Source of the DNA: Hydrurus foetidus
Taxonomy: Eukaryota
Reading direction: 5' to 3'
Assembly: GCA_900617105.1 (NCBI GenBank)
Contig: UYFQ01000686.1
Span: 1-37,138 of the forward strand
DNA: 37,138 bases
Every line of letters starts with the position of its first letter. The stretch's first letter is position 1. Under the pieces are notes generated by a model. That model was not told the origin of the DNA, searched no databases, and saw nothing but the letters and a program-made list of their open reading frames with translations. Positions 1 to 10,291 of this stretch are shown here, in pieces. The translations under genes were made by a program, and so were the position numbers.

Positions 1-3000
1 TAACGGTGCCACTATGTTGGAGTGGTTTGGTACGAAACCTCTATGGTGTAATCAAGCTCTTGTAGAGCCATAGACCATCTCCCTACCATCGAGTTAGGAG
101 AGGATTTCATGTACGTCAGATTTTTATGATCTGTATGAATCGTAAATTTGCGATCATGTAATAGTAGATCAAGTTTGGTACAACACAAGTAGATAGCATA
201 AGCTTCTTTCTGGATTGTTGACCAGTTCAACTGCGAGAAGGTGAGTGACTTACTTACAAATGAAATGGGTTTCATCTCATCTCCAACCTTTTGGAACAAT
301 ACACCGCCTACACCATAATCAGATGCGTCGGTGTATAAATGTATTGGTGATACATTGTCAATGAAGTGCATCAGGGGGCATTGAGAAATGGCCTGCCTAA
401 TGTCTTGAAACGCTTTAATGGTTTCAGCATTCCAGGTTACCCTGGAATGTTTATGAGTTTAGACACCGTCATTTTATGTAACGGTGCCACTATGTTGGAG
501 TGGTTTGGTACGAAACCTCTATGGTGTAATCAAGCTCTTGTAGAGCCATAGACCATCTCCCTACCATCGAGTTAGGAGAGGATTTCATGTACGTCAGATT
601 TTTATGATCTGTATGAATCGTAAATTTGCGATCATGTAATAGTAGATCAAGTTTGGTACAACACAAGTAGATAGCATAAGCTTCTTTCTGGATTGTTGAC
701 CAGTTCAACTGCGAGAAGGTGAGTGACTTACTTACAAATGAAATGGGTTTCATCTCATCTCCAACCTTTTGGAACAATACACCGCCTACACCATAATCAG
801 ATGCGTCGGTGTATAAATGTATTGGTGATACATTGTCAATGAAGTGCATCAGGGGCATTGAGAAATGGCCTGCCTAATGTCTTGAAACGCTTTAATGGTT
901 TCAGCATTCCAGGTTACCCTGGAATGTTTATGAGTTTAGACACCGTCATTTTATGTAACGGTGCCACTATGTTGGAGTGGTTTGGTACGAAACCTCTATG
1001 GTGTAATCAAGCTCTTGTAGAGCCATGACCATCTCCCTACCATCGAGTTAGGGGAGGATTTCATGTATGTCAGATTTTTATGATCTGTATGAATCGTAAA
1101 TTTGCGATCATGTAATAGTAGATCAAGTTTGGTACAACACAAGTAGATAGCATAAGCTTCTTTCTGGATTGTTGACCAGTTCAACTGCGAGAAGGTGAGT
1201 GACTTACTTACAAATGAAATGGGTTTCATCTCATCTCCAACCTTTTGGAACAATACACCGCCTACACCATAATCAGATGCGTCGGTGTATAAATGTATTG
1301 GTGATACATTGTCAATGAAGTGCATTAGGGGGCATTGAGAAATGGCCTGCCTAATGTCTTGAAACGCTTTAATGGTTTCAGCATTCCAGGTTACCCTGGA
1401 ATGTTTATGAGTTTAGACACCGTCATTTTATGTAACGGTGCCACTATGTTGGAGTGGTTTGGTACGAAACCTCTATGGTGTAATCAAGCTCTTGTAGAGC
1501 CATAGACCATCTCCCTACCATCGAGTTAGGGGAGGATTTCATGTACGTCAGATTTTTATGATCTGTATGAATCGTAAATTTGCGATCATGTAATAGTAGA
1601 TCAAGTTTGGTACAACACAAGTAGATAGCATAAGCTTCTTTCTGGATTGTTGACCAGTTCAACTGCGAGAAGGTGAGTGACTTACTTACAAATGAAATGG
1701 GTTTCATCTCATCTCCAACCTTTTGGAACAATACACCGCCTACACCATAATCAGATGCGTCGGTGTATAAATGTATTGGTGATACATTGTCAATGAAGTG
1801 CATCAGGGGGCATTGAGAAATGGCCTGCCTAATGTCTTGAAACGCTTTAATGGTTTCAGCATTCCAGGTTACTCTGGAATGTTTATGAGTTGTAGACACC
1901 GTCATTTTATGTAACGGTGCCACTATGTTGGAGTGGTTTGGTACGAAACCTCTATGGTGTAATCAAGCTCTTGTAGAGCCATAGACCATCTCCCTACCAT
2001 CGAGTTAGGGGAGGATTTCATGTATGTCAGATTTTTATGATCTGTATGAATCGTAAATTTGCGATCATGTAATAGTAGATCAAGTTTGGTACAACACAAG
2101 TAGATAGCATAAGCTTCTTTCTGGATTGTTGACCAGTTCAACTGCGAGAAGGTGAGTGACTTACTTACAAATGAAATGGGTTTCATCTCATCTCCAACCT
2201 TTTGGAACAATACACCGCCTACACCATAATCAGATGCGTCGGTGTATAAATGTATTGGTGATACATTGTCAATGAAGTGCATCAGGGGGCATTGAGAAAT
2301 GGCCTGCCTAATGTCTTGAAACGCTTTAATGGTTTCAGCATTCCAAGTTACCCTGGAATGTTTATGAGTTTAGACACCGTCATTTTATGTAACGGTGCCA
2401 CTATGTTGGAGTGGTTTGGTACGAAACCTCTATGGTGTAATTAAGCTCTTGTAGAGCCATAGACCATCTCCCTACCATCGAGTTAGGAGAGGATTTCATG
2501 TATGTCAGATTTTTATGATCTGTATGAATCGTAAATTTGCGATCATGTAATAGTAGATCAAGTTTGGTACAACACAAGTAGATAGCATAAGCTTCTTTCT
2601 GGATTGTTGACCAGTTCAACTGCGAGAAGGTGAGTGACTTACTTACAAATGAAATGGGTTTCATCTCATCTCCAACCTTTTGGAACAATACACCGCCTAC
2701 ACCATAATCAGATGCGTCGGTGTATAAATGTATTGGTGATACATTGTCAATGAAGTGCATCAGGGGGCATTGAGAAATGGCCTGCCTAATGTCTTGAAAC
2801 GCTTTAATGGTTTCAGCATTCCAAGTTACCCTGGAATGTTTATGAGTTTAGACACCGTCATTTTATGTAACGGTGCCACTATGTTGGAGTGGTTTGGTAC
2901 GAAACCTCTATGGTGTAATCAAGCTCTTGTAGAGCCATAGACCATCTCCCTACCATCGAGTTAGGAGAGGATTTCATGTACGTCAGATTTTTATGATCTG

Positions 3001-3867
3001 TATGAATCGTAAATTTGCGATCATGTAATAGTAGATCAAGTTTGGTACAACACAAGTAGATAGCATAAGCTTCTTTCTGGATTGTTGACCAGTTCAACTG
3101 CGAGAAGGTGAGTGACTTACTTACAAATGAAATGGGTTTCATCTCATCTCCAACCTTTTGGAACAATACACCGCCTACACCATAATCAGATGCGTCGGTG
3201 TATAAATGTATTGGTGATACATTGTCAATGAAGTGCATCAGGGGGCATTGAGAAATGGCCTGCCTAATGTCTTGAAACGCTTTAATGGTTTCAGCATTCC
3301 AAGTTACCCTGGAATGTTTATGAGTTTAGACACCGTCATTTTATGTAACGGTGCCACTATGTTGGAGTGGTTTGGTACGAAACCTCTATGGTGTAATCAA
3401 GCTCTTGTAGAGCCATAGACCATCTCCCTACCATCGAGTTAGGAGAGGATTTCATGTACGTCAGATTTTTATGATCTGTATGAATCGTAAATTTGCGATC
3501 ACGTAATAGTAGATCAAGTTTGGTACAACACAAGTAGATAGCATAAGCTTCTTTCTGGATTGTTGACCAGTTCAACTGTGAGAAGGTGAGTGACTTACTC
3601 ACAAATGAAATGGGTTTCATCTCATCTCCAACCTTTTGGAACAATACACCGCCTACACCATAATCAGATGCGTCGGTGTATAAATGTATTGGTGATACAT
3701 TGTCAATGAAGTGCATCAGGGGGCATTGAGAAATGGCCTGCCTAATGTCTTGAAACGCTTTAATGGTTTCAGCATTCCAGGTTACCCTGGAATGTTTATG
3801 AGTTGTAGACACCGTCATTTTATGTAACGGTGCCACTATGTTGGAGTGGTTTGGTACGAAACCTCTA
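1..3867 (-). repeat. Tandem array (8 full copies plus a 43-bp partial; continues off the left edge) of a 477-479 bp gypsy RT-connection/RNase H segment
   Basis: TAACGGTGCCACTATG recurs at 1, 479, 956, 1433, 1912, 2390, 2868, 3346 and 3825. Each unit encodes LYTDASDYGVGG...IQKEAYAI...HTDHKNL. Identity ends at 3867, where unique pol sequence resumes. Confidence 0.97.
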
Positions 3868-6032
3868 AAATAGTTCGCCAAACCGAGAAATCCCCTAAGG
3901 GCAGTAACGGTTTTAGGGCGAGGAAAATCTAAAACAGATTTTATTTTCTCAGCCGACATAGATAACCCCTCTTTGGAGATCACACGTCCGACGTATTCGA
4001 GGCGTGTAACTCCGAACTTACATTTCTTAGCTTTCAAGAATAAATTCTTTTCTCGAAAACGGATGAAGACATCACGAAGTCTCTGCAGAAACTCGTCAGG
4101 CCCATTACCAAATACAATGCAATCATCGAGATACATCTCACATGTTACATATAAAAGGCCCGCAAGGACAACCGTGGCCATCATCTCCTGGAAGTATGAT
4201 GGGGCACGTTTGAGGCCGAAAGGCAATCGAGTGAATTGATAAATTCCAGAGAAGCATATGAATGCAGTCAGGATTTTGGCTGATGCCGTAAGGGGTGCTT
4301 GATGGTAGCCGGACGTTAAGTCCATAACCCCAAAGATGTCAGGTTGACGAGCGCCAATGCGTTCAAACATTGCTGGAATGTTGGGGAGTGGCCAACTGGC
4401 CGACTCCGTACAGTTATTAAGTGGCCGGAAGTCAATACATACACGGTATTGTCCGGGTGACTTCTGTACTACTACAGGGTGACTGTAGTATACCGCATTA
4501 GACTTCTCAACCACCCCGATCCGTATCAGATCCTGAAGGTTATTGTGAATCGCCTCCTCCTTCTGTGAGGATTGGGGGCGGAGCGGGGTCCTGTTACCAG
4601 GTACTTCCCATTGTGCCGCCTTATGATCAATATCAAAAGGAGGTATTCGGGCCGGTTCACGGGCCACCTCATCTTGAAAGATGTCAATAAATTCGGTACA
4701 TAATGCTCTGCATGCTGTTTGCAGAGCTTCCGACCCACCAAAGGTGATTGTCGAGATGACATCGTTCGCCCTACCTGTTGGGGTAGGGTCTTTCATCAAT
4801 GCAGAAAGAAACGGACCGAATGCATCTGTTTTGTCATCATCAATCTCATCTCCATTGAGATTGATTCCGCACGGCAACACGCTCGCGGCGTTAAGTGTTA
4901 CTGTGTTCACTCTCGTCCCGGTCTCAGAAGGGGGGCGGTTAAGACCACTGCCCGTCCATAGCGCAGATGGACCCCACTCTTCTCCCACTGTTGGAATACG
5001 GTGGGTGCTCGAGTGACCTTCGTCTCCATTGTCAGCAGTGTCGGTAATTAGGCGACACTGTGTACAAGGACTACGCGATCCGACAGCGTCACTATGATGA
5101 CAACAGACGTCGGTATGTGAATCTGTACCGATGTCGGACTCTGCCCTTAAGGGAAGTAGACCGATGTCATCCGGGCTATGTGACGTTTCGACTAACGTAG
5201 GGTCAAAGCCCATACGTGTCGGTGTCAGCACAAACAAGTTGTGTTGATTCAGGGACTTGCGTCCGATGATCAGATCCAGTTGTGCAAAAGGATTAACACT
5301 AAAAGTGATATAGATAGTGTGCTTAATATTACTATCATCGAGAAAAGTAAGGCCTAAATCGACTAAGGTATTACACCTATAACAAGTGCCATCGAGCCCG
5401 CTACAAACGTTAAGTGCGGTTGAAGACACATAACAATGAGCAAGTGCATCGAGTGAGACAAGCAGTGATTTGGAAACAAAATCGCCGGCCATGCTACCCG
5501 TGTCTAGGAGCGCGTGCGCTGTAAGACTAAGTCCCGTGGACTGGGGTGCTGACGCGACTGTGGTGGGGGCGTGTCCCTGCAAGGTTCTTCGTTCATCCTT
5601 GAACACCAATAATGAGAGAAGTTCATTAGGATTCGTTGAATGTACCGCTGCTACAAGTGAGTCAGACGGTAACGTACCTGTGAGCGGTATTTCCGACATG
5701 TCGGGTTGGTTATGACATGCCGCCAGCACCTCCGAGATTAGCGGCAGGGAGGTATGGTGTGGCTGTAACACGTGAAGACATGTGGGGAGAACATCGTTAA
5801 TGTTATCCGAGATATTATTGGAGGGGGTTGAGACCTCTAATGCATCAGTTATGAGTATATCAGAGTTGAGTATACATAAAGATGGTGGTGTATCGGTAGG
5901 GCTACATGTGTTAGCCGCATGTATCGCCACTACTAATGCATTCACCACCGTGGTATGAGTTAACGTACCATCGCATGGGGCTGGGAGTGGTAGGCCACTG
6001 TTGGCTGCGTTGATGGAGGTGTTGTTGGCCAA
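3357..6032 (-). CDS. pol: G1 pol: aspartic protease, reverse transcriptase and RNase H; truncated by the tandem-duplication junction
   Basis: LLDTGS...DLIIGR (protease); RVCIDFRPLN, DLTSGYHQ, LPFGLKRAP, YLDD (RT); TDAS, KEAYAI, TDHKNL (RNase H). Confidence 0.95.
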   Translation of the reverse strand: MANNTSINAANSGLPLPAPCDGTLTHTTVVNALVVAIHAANTCSPTDTPPSLCILNSDILITDALEVSTPSNNISDNINDVLPTCLHVLQPHHTSLPLISEVLAACHNQPDMSEIPLTGTLPSDSLVAAVHSTNPNELLSLLVFKDERRTLQGHAPTTVASAPQSTGLSLTAHALLDTGSMAGDFVSKSLLVSLDALAHCYVSSTALNVCSGLDGTCYRCNTLVDLGLTFLDDSNIKHTIYITFSVNPFAQLDLIIGRKSLNQHNLFVLTPTRMGFDPTLVETSHSPDDIGLLPLRAESDIGTDSHTDVCCHHSDAVGSRSPCTQCRLITDTADNGDEGHSSTHRIPTVGEEWGPSALWTGSGLNRPPSETGTRVNTVTLNAASVLPCGINLNGDEIDDDKTDAFGPFLSALMKDPTPTGRANDVISTITFGGSEALQTACRALCTEFIDIFQDEVAREPARIPPFDIDHKAAQWEVPGNRTPLRPQSSQKEEAIHNNLQDLIRIGVVEKSNAVYYSHPVVVQKSPGQYRVCIDFRPLNNCTESASWPLPNIPAMFERIGARQPDIFGVMDLTSGYHQAPLTASAKILTAFICFSGIYQFTRLPFGLKRAPSYFQEMMATVVLAGLLYVTCEMYLDDCIVFGNGPDEFLQRLRDVFIRFREKNLFLKAKKCKFGVTRLEYVGRVISKEGLSMSAEKIKSVLDFPRPKTVTALRGFLGLANYFRGFVPNHSNIVAPLHKMTVSTTHKHSRVTWNAETIKAFQDIRQAISQCPLMHFIDNVSPIHLYTDASDYGVGGVLFQKVGDEMKPISFVSKSLTFSQLNWSTIQKEAYAIYLCCTKLDLLLRDRKFTIHTDHKNLTYMKSSPNSMVGRWSMALQELDYTIEVSYQTTPT

Positions 6033-6781
6033 CGTGGTGTTTTGTCCACCCGAACCGTATCGCGGTTTGTTGGTGGGACCTCGATTATAGTTCCCCCCAT
6101 GATTGGGGTTTCCTTGGTATTTTTTCTTATGACCACCTCCTGGGGGTGGGCTTTATTCAGTACCTCATCAGTGAAGTTTGTTTCACGACGGGGTATCTGA
6201 ATTTTGAAGCGGCCCAGACCAGGGATGCGGTCGTGGAGAGGATAGGTCGCATGACCGTACTGTGCCCACGTGCGACCCATGTTGGAGTGGTCCCACGGGA
6301 CATTGTGGTTGGTGTTCGAGTCCACCATCCACATGTGTGGGCAACTCTTAAGCAGGTGGTCCCTGTGTCCACAAGAGTTACACTGTGGGAATGGTGTTGT
6401 TGGCAGTTCCAGCGGTGGTAATGCTGGGAGTGCCGCACCAACCAACAGGGTTTTGGGGTTTGTGGTGAGAGATAACCCATACGGATTTTGTCTCGCGGGG
6501 TGACAGTAAATGTCGTTGGGGTCCCCGAAAGCCGCTACGTGTAGCTGGAGCTGTCGTACCGCATTGACTTGGGAGAAAAAGCGACGCATCGCGAATTCCC
6601 AATCGTCCACGTCATGCGGGTTGACGCGCTTATGCTCTTTGTACTTGGCGGTGATAGCACCGTTAAGAGGCATCTTTTTCTCTAAAATAAGAGTAAGTGC
6701 GGCATGGTCGGAAGCGCTGAGTGTGCCATGTACTTGTACATGATTCTCAACCACCTCACGAAACTGCGTCATGCAGCGCAT
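5960..6781 (-). CDS. gag: G1 gag C-terminal part with CCHC zinc knuckle
   Basis: CNSCGHRDHLLKSC matches C-X2-C-X4-H-X4-C; lies immediately upstream of pol in another frame. Confidence 0.8.
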   Translation of the reverse strand: MRCMTQFREVVENHVQVHGTLSASDHAALTLILEKKMPLNGAITAKYKEHKRVNPHDVDDWEFAMRRFFSQVNAVRQLQLHVAAFGDPNDIYCHPARQNPYGLSLTTNPKTLLVGAALPALPPLELPTTPFPQCNSCGHRDHLLKSCPHMWMVDSNTNHNVPWDHSNMGRTWAQYGHATYPLHDRIPGLGRFKIQIPRRETNFTDEVLNKAHPQEVVIRKNTKETPIMGGTIIEVPPTNRDTVRVDKTPRWPTTPPSTQPTVAYHSQPHAMVR

Positions 6782-9096
6782 CTCAATCTCCCTTTTGTTG
6801 TAACAAAAGGCGAGATGTACTTCGGAGAAATGCTCCGCCAGTGACTGCCCAAGTTGCGTGTCCGCGCGAAAGTAGCGCAGGACTCAATGCGCAACTTGAG
6901 GGACCGTCAAAGTTTGGAGCCACACTTTACATGTCTCCTCGGAGTATGGATAATCTTGATCCGTATGGATCTGATCATCAATGCATCTGACTGCTTTAGT
7001 CGAGATGACTTGACCAACATCATAGTTGTTGGTCCATCTCTGGGAGTGCTCATAAAACTTCCGCGCTGCATCCTGTCTGATAATGCCGGACGCATTCACG
7101 TTGAGAACGTAAAGTACCGTTTGCAATGCAATAGCGGATATAGGTCGGGAACCATCATCCACAGCACGTCCACCCACTACAAGCGCTGTAGGGGTCGCAC
7201 TGGGTGTGGCAAACTGTACCGCGGGTACGTTGATCGGTGACGTACGATCATGTATGTACCGTGGTATCGGCGGTCGTACTGGTTGCGCTGCATTGGGGTC
7301 GAGACCGCCCCCTGCAGCTCGGAACGCTGCTGTTTGCAGCTCGTAATCGATGATGCGATCCGTTGCGGGTAGCACCACGATGTCTGGAGGATCCAGGGGA
7401 AGTGGGTTAGGAACCCGAATTTCCCGTGGGATCTCCTGGATGACTCGTTGGGGTTGGGGGTTATAATCGGTGTCACCAGTAAACGTACGTACGTACGTAG
7501 GACGTTCCGGTGACCCTGGTGGAGAAGCTTGTCGCTTGCGTGACGTTGGACCCTCTTGCGGGGGTAACGCGCGTTTGCGAGGAGCATCCGCTGTGCGGGT
7601 TACTGTCCCCACATCTTCGGGGATGCGCGTATCGCGACTCTCGAGCAATCTAGAGTTGTCGGTCACGCGTATGGACGCACGTGGAGTCGTACGACTCTCA
7701 GTCGCACGTTCGTCCTCATATTGATTTTCGTTGTACTGACGACTGTCAGTATTACGATTGCCTCTGTTCGAGGTATCATGTTGGCGACGATCGTCCCCTT
7801 GGTGATAGTCCCTGGGGGGACTGTCGTCGTAACCCTGTGGGGTTTCTCGACGACTTCTCCTGTTGGGGTTGTTATCTCCCTGACGGAAGTTGTCGTTGTT
7901 GTCGTCGCGAAAATTATCGAAATTGCGAGTATTCGTCGAATAATTCCCCTGTTTGGGTTGTCATTACGACGAGAATCCTCGTAATTACGATTATCCCTTT
8001 GGGGGTTATCGTTGAGACGTTGGAAGGTGTCTCTACGGTTATCCCTATTAGGGTTGTCGTCTTGTTGACGATTATCGTTATCGCGACGCCCGTCATTCTG
8101 ACGTGGGTTGTCGTCGTTGCGACGATTGTCGCTGTTGCGTCGATCGTCATATTGACGTCTGTTATCGTCATTGAATTGGGTGTTGTACCCGCGACGCCCT
8201 TCGTTGTCGTACTCGTGACTGTCGTCATTCTGACGGTAATTGTCGTTATAACGACGATTATCGTTCTGACGTTGATTGTCATTGCGGCGATCATCGTTAT
8301 ATTGACGTCCATCGTTATCGTAACGGTTGTCGTTACGGTGCTCCGTACCGTATGAAGGGCCCGTATTACGGTTGTCCCTGGGAGGGTTGGAGTCATCGTA
8401 GTTACGACGATTGTCGTTGTGACTTTGATTGTCATCATTAAAACGTCGATAATCGTTGTTGTTTCGATTATCGTCATTGTATTGGCGTTGGTTAGAATCG
8501 TTGCGTTGACGGTTATCGTAACGATTATCGTCACCACCGTCTTCGCTACCACTCTGTTGATTCGGAGTGGGCGGATAGTCGCCCGTTGCATCTCCGTCGA
8601 TGGGGTTATTCCGACGAGTTGAGTTGTCGTAACTGTCGAGGCCCTGACGACGGAGGTATCGTTGCGGGGGTGAATCTATACGGCGGCGAGGGTTAGTATC
8701 GCCGTCGTCATCATCCCGGTCAGGGTCGCTGTTATGGCGTGTCTGTTGACGGTTTGCGTCTGACGAACGCAACGTGACATTGTCATGTTGTCGCGTTGTG
8801 TGAACGTCGTCGTCGTCGTCGTTATGACGATTAGGCGGCGCCTGATTGGAACTGTTGGTAGGTCCCAGTATTGTTACTGGGAATACCGGTCGATCAGTTC
8901 CATCAGACGCAGCTACTGCTGTCGGCGCTGTTGGTGTCGACTGAGTTTTTGAAACTGTCGTCGCTGCCGGAACTAATTGAGTAGTTAATTCGGCGAGCGA
9001 CGGCGATATCTCCGAAGAGTCATCGGATAACGGCATCGTTAGATGACTTATGTCTTGACAATTTTCAATAGCGAGAGTCGCCAAAAACATTTGCAA
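6782..9096 (-). pseudogene. G1 gag N-terminal region, frameshifted into pieces (ORFs 7663..9096 and 6884..7666), with a long Asn/Asp/Arg-rich low-complexity tract
   Basis: Consecutive minus-strand ORFs between the leader and the zinc-knuckle ORF; repeats such as DNRRNDD and NRRYNDN at about 7930-8600. Confidence 0.65.
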
Positions 9097-9235
9097 GGGC
9101 TTCGCCTCGTGCCGTTTGGATGAAAATCAAACAGTCGATTAGGCAAAACAAAATAAGTCAAGTGTGTTCTGGGCGGATGAATTAATCAATCCGTACAAAA
9201 TGAGCCGGGATTGGGAGACTTGCTCGACCAACCAC

Positions 9236-9770
9236 GAGAACGGCGTGGAAGACAAAGCTATCCACGGACGTCAATCAAGCCACGCTTGAAGCGAAATATG
9301 AGCAGAAGTTAACTGGGTCAACTCTGCACAATGGTATGGGATTGCCGAGATGAAACTCGAGCAACCACAAGACAGTCAAGTATCGGGAGATAAATCTCAA
9401 TCCGAGTGACTAAGAGAACGGCGTGGAAGACAAAGCTATCCACGGACGTCAATCAAGCAGAGCTTGAAGTGAGAGATGGGCAGAAGTTAACTGGGTTAAC
9501 TCTGCACAATGGTATGGGATTGCCGAGATGAAACTCGAGCAACCACAAGATAGTCAAGTATCGGGAGATAAATCTCAATCCGAGTGACTAAGAGAACGGC
9601 GTGGAAGACAAAGCTATCCACGGACGTCAAACAAGCAGAGCTTGGAGTGAGAAATGGGCAGAAGTTAACTGGGTTAACTCTGCACAATGGTATGGGATTG
9701 CCGAGATGAAACTCGAGCAACCACAAGATAGTCAAGTATCGGGAGATAAATCTCAATTCGAGTGACTAAG
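9236..9770. repeat. Three 178-bp tandem repeats in the G1 5' leader
   Basis: GAGAACGGCGTGGAAGACAAAGC starts at 9236, 9414 and 9592, with few substitutions between copies. Confidence 0.95.
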
Positions 9771-9941
9771 TTTACAGCAATCAGACTTCGGAGACTTGCT
9801 TGCGATAGTAAGAATTGCCCGTAAACGAGAATTTCGAATAAAATTCTCGCAGGGTAATAGGGAGAGTTAGGGCAGCAGGTTAGCGTAGAAGAGGGTAGCT
9901 TAGAGTAGGAGGATAGGGTCTAAAGAAGATAAACTAAAGGA

Positions 9942-9953
9942 AGTAGATCTACT
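9942..9953 (-). other. Perfect 12-bp palindrome at the G1 PBS position
   Basis: AGTAGATCTACT is self-complementary and includes the terminal A of the candidate LTR; no TGG-type PBS is present. Confidence 0.7.
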
Positions 9954-10159
9954 GTGACCTTTGAGGGCTAGGAAGAAGGGAAGTCTAAAGGCTAAAAGAA
10001 GCTGATTAGTTAGGGAGAAAGCAGAAGGTACGCTAGTAACTTCTGCAAAGCAGCACAAACTAGCTAGTGACTGATAGTCGTGGCTGTGAACACGAAGGTA
10101 CTAAGGTGGAAACAGCATCTAATCGGCTGAATGGGGTAGCAGACCCTGAGGGAGCCACA
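9953..10159 (-). repeat. Candidate 5' LTR of G1 (207 bp)
   Basis: On the minus strand it reads TGTGGC...GGTCACA (TGTG/CACA inverted termini), upstream of leader and gag. The second LTR is not in the window, so the bounds are unconfirmed. Confidence 0.6.
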
Positions 10160-10291
10160 GGAGTACTGTAATACGCTCAGAATCAACCCTAGACACTTAT
10201 TTAAAAAGTTATAGCGAAAAAACGGTAAAGAATTACGACGAGAATCTCATTAGGATTGCATGCAATACTGGAGATCTTTCAAAATCAAAAA

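Larger units (their letters stand above)
1..10159 (-). mobile_element. Ty3/gypsy LTR retrotransposon (element G1), decayed; 3' part outside the window
   Basis: Minus-strand order: candidate LTR, long leader, gag with zinc knuckle, protease, RT, RNase H (gypsy domain order). Confidence 0.9.

Noticed and set aside
1..3867. CRISPR-like array or multi-copy host RNase H genes
   Set aside because: Units are contiguous with no spacers and are direct copies of the adjacent gypsy pol.
7681..8622. Val/Ile-rich and Thr-rich ORFs (7681..8355, 7914..8591 and similar)
   Set aside because: Alternative-frame or antisense shadows of the low-complexity gag tract.
10145..10157. TGGCTCCCTCAGG (minus strand) as a tRNA PBS for G1
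   Set aside because: It starts 2 nt inside the TGTGGC start of the candidate LTR, and I see no LTR upstream of it. It would need re-evaluation if the LTR call is wrong.
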